43,153 nt of DNA from Candidatus Nanopelagicales bacterium. GTDB lineage: Bacteria; Actinomycetota; Actinomycetes; Prado026. The DNA lies in NCBI GenBank assembly GCA_036802895.1, contig DAIRVJ010000001.1:13363-56515 (forward strand), given 5' to 3'. Shown one piece after another: positions 12,387 through 25,956 of the stretch (position 1 is its first letter; each line of letters begins with the position of its first letter). A program made the position numbers and the translations under genes. Below the pieces are notes generated by a model that searched no databases, was not told where the DNA came from, and saw only the letters and a list, made by a program, of their open reading frames with translations.

Positions 12387-13501
12387 CAGCGGGTCCCCTC
12401 GATCAGCGCGACGAACCGGTCGAACAGGTAGGCGGAGTCGTGCGGGCCGGCCGCCGCCTCCGGGTGGTACTGCACCGAGAACGCCGGCGCGTCCAGGCAG
12501 CGCAGCCCCTCGACGACACCGTCGTTGAGGCAGACGTGGCTCACCTCGACCCGGCCGAACGGCGAGTCGGAGACGACGTCGACGGGGGCCTGGACGGCGA
12601 ACCCGTGGTTGTGGGCGCTGATCTCGACCCGCCCGGTGACCCGATCCTGGACCGGCTGGTTCGTGCCGCGGTGGCCGAACCTCAGCTTGTACGTGCCGAA
12701 GCCCAGCGCCCGACCGAGCACCTGGTTGCCGAAGCAGATCCCGAACACCGGCAGCCGGGCGGTGAGCGCCGCCCGGGTGAGCGCGACCGCGGCGTCGGCG
12801 GTCGCCGGGTCACCGGGGCCGTTGGACAGGAACAGCCCGTCGACGTCGAGCCCCAGCAGCTCGTCGGCCGTCGTCGCCGCGGGCAGGACGTGCACCTCGA
12901 CGCCGCGCTCGGCCAGCAGCCGGGGCGTCATCGCCTTGATGCCGAGGTCGAGGGCGGCCACGGTGAACCGCTTCGCCCCCACCGCCGGGACCACGTAGCG
13001 GCTGGCCGTGGTGACCTCGGCGGTCAGGTCGGCGCCCGCCATGGCCGGGCTGAGCAGCACCCGCTCGTGCAGCGCCCGGGCGTCGGCCTCGACCGACGAG
13101 ACGCCGACCCGCATCGCCCCCCGGTCGCGCAGGTGCCGGGTCAGCGCGCGGGTGTCGATGCCGCTGATCCCGACCACGCCCTGGCCGGCCAGCTCGTCGT
13201 CCAGGCTGCGGCGGGCCCGCCAGGAGGACGCCACCGGCGACGGGTCGCGGACGACGTAGCCCGCCACCCAGATCCGGTCGGACTCCGGATCCTCGTCGTT
13301 GACGCCGGTGTTGCCCACGTGCGGCGCGGTCATGACGACGACCTGGCGGTGGTAGGACGGGTCGGTCAGCGTCTCCTGGTAGCCGGTCATGGCCGTGCAG
13401 AAGACGGCCTCGCCGAAGGTCTCACCCTCCGCGCCGTAGGCCTCGCCGCGGAACGTGCGGCCGTCCTCGAGCACCAGCACCGCCGCCGGGCGGGCGCTCA
13501 C
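12386..13501 (-). CDS. carA: Carbamoyl-phosphate synthase small (glutaminase) subunit
   Basis: 371 aa from GTG: [41 protein letters not shown] overlap with the upstream ORF. The track ORF is over-extended. Confidence 0.95.
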
Positions 13502-14067
13502 GCGGGGCCTCCCGCGCTGGGCACGAGCAGCCGCCCGACCGCTTCGACCAGCTCCGGCCCGTCGTCCGGCCCGGCCAGCCGCAGGCCGGTGTCCAGCTCG
13601 CGTCCGCCGAGCACCCAGGTGACCACCACGACCCCGCCGTCCTCGTAGACCCGCCCGGCCAGCCCCTTGTCCAGCCGCGCGCCGACCAGGTCGGCGAGCG
13701 GCACGAGCAGGCCCGGAGCGCCCCCGCGCTCGACCCACACCCCGTCGCGGCGCACCGCCACCCGGCAGCTGCTCGGCGTCCCCAACCCGTGGGCGACCAC
13801 CCGGTCGAGCCAGTCACCGGCGACGGTGGTGCCGAGGAAGCGTCCGTCGAACGGTCCCGCCAGCAGCTCGCCGGGCGGCCCCACCAGCGGTGGGGGGGCC
13901 GGCAGGTCGGCGAACCGGCGGGCCCGCCGCAGCCACCCGCGGCGCATGCCCCGGAAGGCCAGCGCGAGGACGGCCAGCACGCCGACCGTGAGGCCGACCC
14001 GCTCCGGCCACGAGGTCACGGCCCGACTGGCCGGCTCGGCCGCCTGGAGCAGCGACGGCGCCGTCAC
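13498..14067 (-). CDS. Conserved single-TM membrane protein of the pyr operon (M. tuberculosis Rv1382-like position), function unknown
   Basis: 189 aa from a GTG that overlaps the pyrC stop (GTGA). TM segment [15 protein letters not shown] followed by a ~130-aa soluble domain. Confidence 0.7.
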   Translation of the reverse strand: MTAPSLLQAAEPASRAVTSWPERVGLTVGVLAVLALAFRGMRRGWLRRARRFADLPAPPPLVGPPGELLAGPFDGRFLGTTVAGDWLDRVVAHGLGTPSSCRVAVRRDGVWVERGGAPGLLVPLADLVGARLDKGLAGRVYEDGGVVVVTWVLGGRELDTGLRLAGPDDGPELVEAVGRLLVPSAGGPA

Positions 14068-15346
14068 GCCAGCTTCCCGTCGAGCACCGTGGGGCGCCCC
14101 CGCAGGAACGTGGCGACCACCCGGGTGGGCAGCTCGCGACCGGCGTAGGGCGTGTTGCGGCTCTTCGAGGCCAGGGCCGTGGCGTCGACGACGCGCCGAG
14201 CGGCGGGGTCGACGAGCGTCAGGCTGGCCGGCTCGCCCACGCCCAACGGCCGGCCGTGGTCGGCCAGCCGGCCGATCCGGGCCGGGGCGGCAGCCATCCG
14301 GTCGGCGACGCCCGCCCAGTCGAGCAGCCCGGTCTCGACCATCGCCTCGGCGACGACACCGAGTGCGGTCTCCAGACCGAGCATCCCGAAGGCCGCGGCG
14401 GCCCACTCGCAGTCCTTGTCCTCGACCGGGTGCGGCGCGTGGTCGGTGGCCACCACGTCGATCGTGCCGTCGGCGAGCGCCGCCCGCAGCGCGGCCACGT
14501 CGTCGGCTCCGCGCAGCGGCGGGTTGACCTTGAAGACCGGGTCGTAGGTGGTGGCCAGCTGGTCGGTGAGCAGCAGGTGGTGCGGCGTGACCTCCGCGGT
14601 GACGTCGACGCCGCGGGCCTTCGCCCAGCGGATCAGCTCGACCGAGCCGGCGGTGGACACGTGGCACACGTGCAGCCGGGAGCCGACGTGCTGGGCGAGC
14701 AGGACGTCCCGCGCGATGATCGCCTCCTCGGCGACGGCCGGCCAGCCGCGCAGGCCCAGGACGCCGGAGAGCACGCCCTCGTTCATCTGGGCGTCCTCGG
14801 TCAGCCGGGGCTCCTGGGCGTGCTGGGCGATGACGCCGTCGAACGCCTTGACGTACTCCAGCGCCCGGCGCATGAGCACCGCGTCGGAGACGCAGCGCCC
14901 GTCGTCGGAGAACACCCGCACCCGGGCGGCCGAGTCGGCCATCGCCCCGAGCTCGGCCAGCTGCCGGCCCTCCAGCCCGAGGGTGACCGCGCCGACCGGC
15001 TGGACGTCGGCGTGCCCCGCCGCCCGACCCAGCCGGAACACCTGCTCGACCACGCCGGCGGTGTCGGCGACCGGGTCGGTGTTGGCCATCGCGTGGACCG
15101 CGGTGAAACCCCCGAGCGCGGCGGCCGCCGTCCCGGTGGCCACCGTCTCGGCGTCCTCACGGCCGGGCTCGCGCAGGTGGGTGTGCAGGTCGACCAGCCC
15201 CGGCAGCGCGACGAGCCCGTCCGCGTCCAGCACCTCGGCGCCGGCGGCGGAGAGCCCGGGGCCGACCTGCTCGATCCGCCCGTCGCGCAGCAGGAAGTCC
15301 GCGGGCGGCCCGCCGAGGATCCGGGCGCCCCTCACCAGCCAGGTGC

Positions 15347-15350
<4 letters not shown>
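14064..15350 (-). CDS. pyrC: Dihydroorotase
   Basis: 428 aa from ATG: [37 protein letters not shown] overlap with the pyrB stop. Confidence 0.95.
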
Positions 15351-16974
<1,624 letters not shown>

Positions 16975-17029
16975 TCACGCTACCAGCCGGTCTTGCCTCA
17001 TCCGTTCGGCCAGTTGCCCGGTGTCCTGC

Positions 17030-17058
17030 TTGACGGGGTTGATCACGCTCCGTAACGT
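17030..17058 (+). promoter_or_regulatory. Candidate sigma-70 (HrdB-like) promoter of bldD
   Basis: TTGACG (17030-17035), 17-nt spacer, TAACGT (17053-17058). Confidence 0.45.
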
Positions 17059-17070
17059 CACAGAACGTGA
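17043..17070. promoter_or_regulatory. Two matches to the BldD box TNAC-N5-GTNA, overlapping the -10 and the predicted start site
   Basis: TCAC-GCTCC-GTAA at 17043-17055 and the palindromic TCAC-AGAAC-GTGA at 17058-17070. GTGAC recurs at 17067, 17079 and 17092. Confidence 0.5.
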
Positions 17071-17147
17071 CCACATGGGTGACGCAGGGTCGTGACACAG
17101 GGGCGGGGACCACTGTCGCGAGCCGATCGAGTGGGGGGTGGGCCGTC

Positions 17148-17645
17148 GTGCCGTCCGACTATGCGAGGGCGCTGGGCACCCGCCTGCGCGCGATCCGCAG
17201 CCAGCAGGGGCTTTCCCTGCACGGAGTGGAAGAGAAGTCCCGAGGCCGCTGGAAGGCGGTCGTCGTCGGTTCCTACGAGCGCGGTGACCGCGCGGTGACC
17301 GTGCAGAAGCTGGCCGAGCTGGCCGACTTCTACGGCGTCCCGGTCTCCGAGCTGCTGCCCGGGGGGTCGGCCAACGGCTCGACCGAGGAGATGCCGCTGC
17401 GGATGGTGCTCGACCTCGAGCGGCTGTCGACCGTGCCGGCCGAGAAGGCCGGACCGCTGGCGCGCTACGTGACCACGATCCAGCGCCAGCGCGGCGACTA
17501 CAACGGTCGGGTGCTGTCCGTGCGCCAGGACGACCTGCGCACCCTGGCCGTCATCTACGACTCGACGCCGGGCACGATCGTCGACCAGTTCATCGCCTGG
17601 GGCGTGCTCAACCCGGAGGCCCGGCGCGCCCTGCCGCTGGACTAG
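17148..17645 (+). CDS. bldD: BldD-family developmental transcriptional regulator (Xre-type HTH plus c-di-GMP-binding C-terminal domain)
   Basis: From GTG at 17148: (M)PSDYARALGTRLRAIRSQQGLSLHGVEEKSRGRWKAVVVGSYERGDRAVTVQKLAELADFYGVPVSELLPGG, close to Streptomyces BldD. C-terminal RGD-YNGRVLSV-RQDD. The track start at 17067 is rejected: 7 of its 27 extra codons end in A/T, and it lies inside the operator. Confidence 0.9.
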   Translation: MPSDYARALGTRLRAIRSQQGLSLHGVEEKSRGRWKAVVVGSYERGDRAVTVQKLAELADFYGVPVSELLPGGSANGSTEEMPLRMVLDLERLSTVPAEKAGPLARYVTTIQRQRGDYNGRVLSVRQDDLRTLAVIYDSTPGTIVDQFIAWGVLNPEARRALPLD

Positions 17646-17648
17646 CGC

Positions 17649-19088
17649 TCACTCGTAGGCCGGGACGACCGCGTTCACCGCGTCGCCCATCCGGTGCACG
17701 CGCAGCGCGTTCGTCGAGCCGGGGATCCCGGGCGGGGCTCCGGCGACCATGACGACCTCGTCGCCCAGCGCGCAGCGGCCGATGTCGAGCAGCGCCGAGT
17801 CGACCTGCACCACCATGTCATCGGTGTGGGTCACCGTCGGCACGAGGAACGTCTCGACCCCCCAGCACAGGGCGAGCTGGCTGCGCACCTCCGGCTTGGG
17901 GGTGAACGCCAGCAGCGGGATCGGTGAGCGGTACTTCGCCAGGCTCCGCGCCGACGAGCCGGTCTCGGTGAACGCCACCAGGAACCGCGCCCCGATGGCC
18001 TCGCCGACCCGCGCGGCGGCCAGGCAGATCGCGCCCGCCTTGGTGGTGGGGCGGGGCTGCCCGGGCGCCAGGTCGGTGAGCGTCTCGCGCTCGACCGCCT
18101 CGATGATCCGGCTCATCGTGTGCACCGACTCGACCGGGTAGCTGCCCACCGAGGTCTCCCCCGACAGCATGAGCGCGTCCGCGCCGTCCAGCACCGCGTT
18201 GGCGACGTCGGAGGCCTCGGCTCGGGTGGGGCGGGACGCACCGACCATCGACTCCAGCATCTGGGTCGCCACGATGACCGGCTTGGCGGCCTCCCGGGCG
18301 AGGTCGACCGCCCGCTTCTGCACGAGCGGGACCTCCTCCAGGGGCAGCTCGACCCCGAGGTCGCCACGCGCCACCATGATCGCGTCGAACGCGTCAACGA
18401 TCTCCGCGAGGTTGTCGACGGCCTGAGGCTTCTCGATCTTGGCGATGACCGGCACGCGGAGCCCGCTCTCGGCCATGATCGCATGCACGTCGTCGACGTC
18501 GCGCGCGCTGCGCACGAACGACAGCGCGATCAGGTCGACGCCCAGCCGCATGGCCCAGCGCAGGTCCTCGCGGTCCTTGTCCGACATCGCCGGGACACTG
18601 ACCGCGACCCCGGGCAGGTTGATGCCCTTGTGGTCGGAGAGCATGCCGCCCTCGACCACCTCGGTGACCACCCGCGGACCGTCCAGGGCGACGACCTGCA
18701 GGCAGATGCGGCCGTCGTCGATGAGCAGCCGGTCGCCGACCGAGACGTCACCGGGCAGCCCGGCGTACGTCGTGGACACGATCGCCGCGGTGCCGGCGAC
18801 CGGCTCGGTCGTCACGGTGAACGCGGCGCCGGCCGTGAGCAGCACCGGCCCGTCGGCCATCGTCCCGATGCGGATCTTCGGACCCTGCAGGTCCACCAGG
18901 ACGCCCACCCCCCGGCCGGACTCGTCCGACGCCTGGCGCACGTTGCGGTAGGTCTGCTCGTGCAGCGGGTACGCGCCGTGGCTGAGGTTGAGCCGGGCGA
19001 CGTCCATGCCGGCGTCGACGAGCCGCCGGATCCCCTCCAGGGAGGACGTGGCCGGCCCCAGGGTGCAGACGATCTTCGCTCGACGCAT
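17649..19088 (-). CDS. pyk: Pyruvate kinase
   Basis: 479 aa: MRRAKIVCTLGPAT..ARLNLSHG..GPKIRIG..MVARGDLGVE. Confidence 0.96.
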   Translation of the reverse strand: MRRAKIVCTLGPATSSLEGIRRLVDAGMDVARLNLSHGAYPLHEQTYRNVRQASDESGRGVGVLVDLQGPKIRIGTMADGPVLLTAGAAFTVTTEPVAGTAAIVSTTYAGLPGDVSVGDRLLIDDGRICLQVVALDGPRVVTEVVEGGMLSDHKGINLPGVAVSVPAMSDKDREDLRWAMRLGVDLIALSFVRSARDVDDVHAIMAESGLRVPVIAKIEKPQAVDNLAEIVDAFDAIMVARGDLGVELPLEEVPLVQKRAVDLAREAAKPVIVATQMLESMVGASRPTRAEASDVANAVLDGADALMLSGETSVGSYPVESVHTMSRIIEAVERETLTDLAPGQPRPTTKAGAICLAAARVGEAIGARFLVAFTETGSSARSLAKYRSPIPLLAFTPKPEVRSQLALCWGVETFLVPTVTHTDDMVVQVDSALLDIGRCALGDEVVMVAGAPPGIPGSTNALRVHRMGDAVNAVVPAYE

Positions 19089-19134
19089 GCCGGCCAGCCT
19101 AGGCGGCGCCGGTGACTACCCGCCGGTAGCGCCG

Positions 19135-19162
19135 GCCGCGGGAGGCAGCCGTCAGCCGCGGC
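19135..19162 (-). terminator. Hairpin directly after the gltD stop (7-bp GC stem, 14-nt loop), no U-tract
   Basis: GCCGCGG (19135-19141) pairs with CCGCGGC (19156-19162). A second small hairpin, CTACC-CGCC-GGTAG, lies at 19116-19129. Confidence 0.3.
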
Positions 19163-20612
<1,450 letters not shown>

Positions 20613-20620
<8 letters not shown>

Positions 20621-23600
20621 GGACGACCTCCATCACAGCCGCGTCGACGTCCAGACCCGCACGCTCGGCCCGCGCTCGCGCCGCGACCACCCGTTGGTAG
20701 TCGCGAGGCAGGACGGCGGTGAACCGGGCCAGCGCGGCCGGCCAGTCCCCGAGCAGGTCGGCCGCCACCGGCGACCCGGTCTCCTCGCCGTGCCGTCGGA
20801 CGACGTCGGCCAGGAAGGCCGCGCCTTCGTCGTCGACCGGAACCAGGTCGACCATCTCGCGGTTGACCCGCGCCGGGTCCAGGTCGAGGACGTACGCGGT
20901 CCCCCCGGACATCCCGGCGGCCAGGTTGCGTCCGGTCGGCCCGAGGACGACGGCCCGACCGCCCGTCATGTACTCGCAGGCGTGGTCGCCCACGCCCTCG
21001 ACGACGGCGGTCGCCCCCGAGTTGCGCACGCAGAACCGCTCCCCGACGATCCCGCGGACGAACAGCTCCCCGCTGGTCGCCCCGTACAGCAGCACGTTGC
21101 CGGCGATGACGTTCCGCTCAGCCGTCAGGGTGGCGCTGCGGTCGGGTCGCACGACCAGGCGGCCCCCGGACAGCCCCTTCCCGACGTAGTCGTTCGCGTC
21201 ACCCTCCAGCCGCAGGGTGATCCCCCTCGGCAGGAACGCGCCGAACGACTGCCCGGCCGACCCGGTCAGGGTCAGGTCGATCGTGTCGTCGGGCAGCCCG
21301 GCGCCGCCGTGACGGCGGGTGACCTCCGAGCCGAGCATGGTCCCCACGGTGCGGTTGACGTTGCGCACCGGCAACGCCGCTCGCACCGGCAGCCCGGACT
21401 CCAGCGCCTCCTCGCACAGGGCGATCAGGTCGTTGTCCAGCGCCTTCTGCAGCCCGTGGTCCTGCAGAGTCGTGCACCGCCGGGCGGCGCCCTCGGGGAG
21501 GTCCGGCACGTGCAGGATCGGGGTGAGGTCCAGGCCGGAGGCCTTCCAGTGGTCGACGGCCCGGGCGACGTCGAGCAGCTCGGCCCGGCCGATCGCCTCG
21601 TCCAGGCTGCGGAACCCCAGCGCCGCGAGGTGCTCACGGACCTGCTCGGCGACGTACTCGAAGAAGGTGACGACGAACTCGGGGCGGCCGGTGAACCGGG
21701 CGCGCAGCTCGGGGTTCTGGGTGGCCACCCCGACCGGGCAGGTGTCCAGGTGGCAGACCCGCATCATCACGCAGCCGGAGACGACCAGGGGTGCGGTCGC
21801 GAAGCCGTACTCCTCGGCACCGAGCAGCGCGGCGACGACGACGTCGCGACCCGTCTTGAGCTGGCCGTCGGTCTGCACGACGATCCGATCGCGCAGTCCG
21901 TTGAGCAGCAGGGTCTGCTGCGTCTCCGCCAGCCCGAGCTCCCAGGGCGTCCCCGCGTGCTTGAGCGAGGTCAGCGGCGATGCGCCGGTTCCCCCGTCGT
22001 GCCCGGAGATGAGCACCACGTCGGCGTGCGCCTTGGACACGCCTGCGGCGACGGTGCCCACGCCGACCTCCGACACGAGCTTGACGTGCACCCGGGCCTG
22101 CGGGTTGGCGTTCTTCAGGTCGTGGATGAGCTGGGCGAGGTCCTCGATGGAGTAGATGTCGTGGTGCGGCGGCGGGGAGATCAGCCCGACGCCGGGCGTG
22201 GAGTGCCGGGTCCGGGCGATCCACGGGTAGACCTTGTGCCCGGGCAGCTGGCCGCCCTCGCCGGGCTTGGCGCCCTGCGCCATCTTGATCTGCAGGTCGT
22301 CGGCGTTGACCAGGTACTCGCTGGTGACCCCGAACCGGCCGCTGGCCACCTGCTTCACCGCCGAGCGCCGGGAGTCGCCGTTGGGATCGGGCACGAAGCG
22401 CTCCGGGTCCTCGCCGCCCTCGCCCGTGTTGGACTTCGCGCCGAGCCGGTTCATGGCGATGGCCAGCGTCTCGTGCGCCTCCTGGCTGATCGAGCCGTAG
22501 GACATCGCCCCGGTGGAGAACCGGCGCACGATCGACTCGACCGGCTCGACCTCCTCGATCGGCACCGGCGGGCGGACACCCTCGCGGAACCGGAAGAGGC
22601 CGCGCAGGGTCATCAGCCGCTCGGCCTGCTCGTCGACCTTCGCCGCGTACTGCTGGAAGACGTCGTACCGCTTCGCGCGGGTCGCATGCTGCAGCCGGAA
22701 GACGGTCTCCGGGTCGAACAGGTGCGGCTCGCCCTCGCGCCGCCACTGGTACTCCCCGCCGACCTCCAGCCGCCGGTGCGAGGGCGAGATACCGGTCGGC
22801 GGGTAGGCGTTGGCGTGCCGCCGGGCCACCTCCTCGGCGATGACGTCGAGGCCGACCCCGCCGAGGCGGGAGGACGTGCCGGTGAAGTACCGGTCGACCA
22901 GGTCCTGGGCCAGCCCGACCGCCTCGAAGACCTGGGCACCGCGGTACGACGCGACCGTGGAGATGCCCATCTTCGACATCACCTTGAGCACACCCTTGCC
23001 AAGCGCTTTGATCAGGTTGCGGATCGCCTTCTCCGGCGCGATGTCGGGCAGCACGCCACGCCGGGCCAGCACCTCGACGCTCTCCATCGCCAGGTACGGG
23101 TTGACGGCGGCCGCGCCGTAGCCGATGAGCAGGGCGACGTGGTGCACCTCGCGGACGTCGCCCGCCTCGACGAGCAGTGACACCTTGGCCCGCTCGCGGG
23201 TGGTCACCAGGTGGTGGTGGACGGCCGAGGTGAGCAGCAGCGACGGGATCGGGGCGTGGTCGTCGTCGGAGTCCCGGTCGGAGAGCACGAGGAACCGCAC
23301 GCCGCCGGCGATCGCCTCGGAGACCTCCGCACAGATCTCGTCGAGTCGGCGGGCCAGCTCGGCGCCGCCGCCGTCGACGCGGTACAACCCGCGGACCCGC
23401 ATCGCCGCGAAGCCGGGCAGGTCCCCGTCGGCGTTGATGTGCAGGATCTTGGCGAGCTCGTCGTTGTCGATGACCGGGAAGGCGAGCACGACCTGCCGGC
23501 AGGACGCCGGGCCGGGAGCGAACAGGTTGTGCTCCGGGCCGATCAGGGTCCCGAGCGAGGTGACCAGCTCCTCGCGGATGGCGTCGAGCGGGGGGTTGGT

Positions 23601-25142
23601 GACCTGGGCGAACAGCTGGCTGAAGTAGTCGAACAGCAGCCGGGGCCGGGTGGACAGCACGGCCAGAGGGGTGTCGGTGCCCATCGACCCGATCCCCTCG
23701 GCGCCGCTGCGGGCCATCGGCCCCACGAGCACCCGCAGCTCCTCCTCGGTGTAGCCGAACGTCTGCTGCCGGCGCAGCACCGACTCGTGGGTGTGCACCA
23801 CGTGCTCGCGCTCGGGGAGGTCCTCGAGGTGGATGAGGCCGGCGTGCAGCCACTCGTCGTACGGGGCGTCGGAGGCGAGCTGCGCCTTGATCTCCTCGTC
23901 CTCGATGATCCGGCCCTCGGCCGTGTCGACGAGGAACATCCGGCCGGGCTGGAGCCGGCCCTTCCGGACGACCCGGGCGGGCGGGATATCCAGCACGCCC
24001 ACCTCGCTGGCCAGCACCACCAGGCCGTCGTCGGTGACCCAGAACCGCCCGGGGCGCAGCCCGTTGCGGTCGAGCACGGCGCCGATCTGCGTGCCGTCGG
24101 TGAAGGTCACGCAGGCCGGCCCGTCCCAGGGCTCCATGAGGGCCGCGTGGAACTGGTAGAAGGCCCGGCGGGCCGGGTCCATCGAGGTGTGGTTCTCCCA
24201 GGCCTCGGGGATCATCATGAGCATCGCGTGCGGCAGCGAGCGACCGCCCAGGTGCACGAGCTCGAGCACCTCGTCGAACGACGCCGAGTCGCTCGCGCCT
24301 TCGCTGCACGTGGGGAACAGCCGCTGCAGGTCGCCGGGGATCAGCGAGCTGGCGAGCAGCGACTCCCGGGCCCGCATCCAGTTCCGGTTGCCCTTGACCG
24401 TGTTGATCTCACCGTTGTGCGCGATGTAGCGGTACGGGTGGGCCAGCGGCCACGAGGGGAACGTGTTGGTGGAGAACCTCGAGTGCACGAGGGCGAGCGC
24501 GCTCACCAGCCGGCGGTCGGACAGGTCGGGGAAGAACGGCTCGAGCTGGCCAGTCGTCAGCATGCCCTTGTAGACCAGGGTCCGCGCCGACAGCGAGGCG
24601 AAGTAGACCTCGGCGCTGCGCTCGGCCCGCTTGCGCAGGGCGAAGGCCATCCGCTCCAGGCCGAGGCCCACCACCCGCCCGGTGGCGGCGGTGACCACCA
24701 GCTGGCGGAAGCGCGGCATGACCGCGCGGGCCGTCGCCCCGACCAGGTCGCGCACGACCGGCAGGTCGCGCCATCCGACGACGACGAGCCCCTCCTCGGC
24801 GGCGATCCGCTCGACCTCGGCCGCCGCCGCCGCCGCGCGGTCGTCGTCGTCGGGCAGGAAGGCCGTGCCGACCGCGTACGACCCGCGCGGCGGCAGCGTG
24901 AAGTCGACGACCTCGCGCAGGAACTCGTCCGGGACCTGGATGAGGATCCCCGCGCCGTCGCCGGAGTCCGGCTCGGCCCCGGAGGCGCCGCGGTGCTCGA
25001 GGTTGCGCAGCGCGGTGAGAGCCTGCTCGACGATGGCGTGCGACGGCGTGCCGGTGAGGGTCGCCACCAGCGCGACCCCGCACGCGTCGTGCTCGTGGGC
25101 AGGGTGGTAGAGGCCCTGGGGCTCGGGCAGGTCGAGCGTCAT
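20613..25142 (-). CDS. gltB: Glutamate synthase large subunit
   Basis: 1509 aa from ATG at 25142: [27 protein letters not shown].. (amidotransferase Cys nucleophile), plus FMN and GXGXG domains. The track start at 25253 would overlap the upstream VIT gene. Confidence 0.95.
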
Positions 25143-25236
25143 GAGCGCGCTCCCGTCGTCCGACAATGGCACTGTGCGCGAGGGACGACGCTGGCCCTGC
25201 GCGACGAACGCTAGCACGCGGGCCGGACCCGTTCGG

Positions 25237-25956
25237 TCAGCCGATCGACCCACCGACGAGTGAGCCGATCCCCCAGGTCAGGCCCGCGGCGGCCATGCCG
25301 AAGAGCAGCTGACGCAGCCCGGTGAACCACCACGGGCGGGACGTGACCCGGGCGACGAGGCTGCCCGCGCCGAACAGTCCGAGTGCCGCGACGACGATGG
25401 CCGGCAGCAGGCTCTGCGCGCCCAGCAGGTAGGGGACGAGCGGCACGATCGCCCCGATCGTGAAGGCGGCGAACGACGAGGACGCGGCGACGAGCGGACT
25501 GGCCAGCTGGTCGGGGTCGACCCCGAGCTCCAGCATGGCGTGCTCCTTGACCGCCCGCTCCGGGTCGTCGGACAGCTGCCGGGCCACCTCGGTCGCCAGC
25601 GCCAGGTCCAGGCCGCGGGCCACGTAGGTCTGCGCCAGCTCCGCCAGCTCGGCGTCCGGGCGCTCGGCGAGCTCCTTGCGCTCCTTGGCGACCTCCTGCT
25701 CGGCCAGCTCGTTCTGCGAGCGGACCGACACGTACTCACCGGCGGCCATCGAGAACGCGCCGGCCCCCAGACCGGCCAGACCCGCGAGCACGACGGTCTG
25801 CCGGGTCACCCCGCCACCGACGACGCCGGCGATGAGCGCGAAGTTGCTGACCAGGCCGTCCATGGCCCCGAACACGGCAGCCCTCAGCCAGCCCCCGCTG
25901 ACGTCGCGGTGGCTGTGGTGGATCTCCGCCTCGCGCGGGCGGTCGGCGGTGCTCAC
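25237..25956 (-). CDS. VIT1/CCC1-family iron/manganese transporter
   Basis: 239 aa from a GTG that overlaps the lgt stop (GTGA): ..[33 protein letters not shown].. with C-terminal TM helices. Confidence 0.88.
   Translation of the reverse strand: MSTADRPREAEIHHSHRDVSGGWLRAAVFGAMDGLVSNFALIAGVVGGGVTRQTVVLAGLAGLGAGAFSMAAGEYVSVRSQNELAEQEVAKERKELAERPDAELAELAQTYVARGLDLALATEVARQLSDDPERAVKEHAMLELGVDPDQLASPLVAASSSFAAFTIGAIVPLVPYLLGAQSLLPAIVVAALGLFGAGSLVARVTSRPWWFTGLRQLLFGMAAAGLTWGIGSLVGGSIG

Noticed and set aside
17067-17147. N-terminal 27-codon extension of bldD, from the track start at 17067.
   Set aside because: 7 of the 27 extra codons end in A/T, unlike the rest of the gene. The Streptomyces BldD alignment begins at the GTG at 17148. 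The 17067 GTG also lies inside the predicted BldD operator.
21634-24309. 891-aa same-strand alternative-frame ORF inside gltB.
   Set aside because: It is an out-of-frame, low-complexity translation lying entirely within the well-supported gltB reading frame.
25143-25236. GlnR-type nitrogen regulator box upstream of gltB.
   Set aside because: I found no GTnAC-N6-GaAAC-like repeats on either strand, only an imperfect GC-rich inverted repeat.
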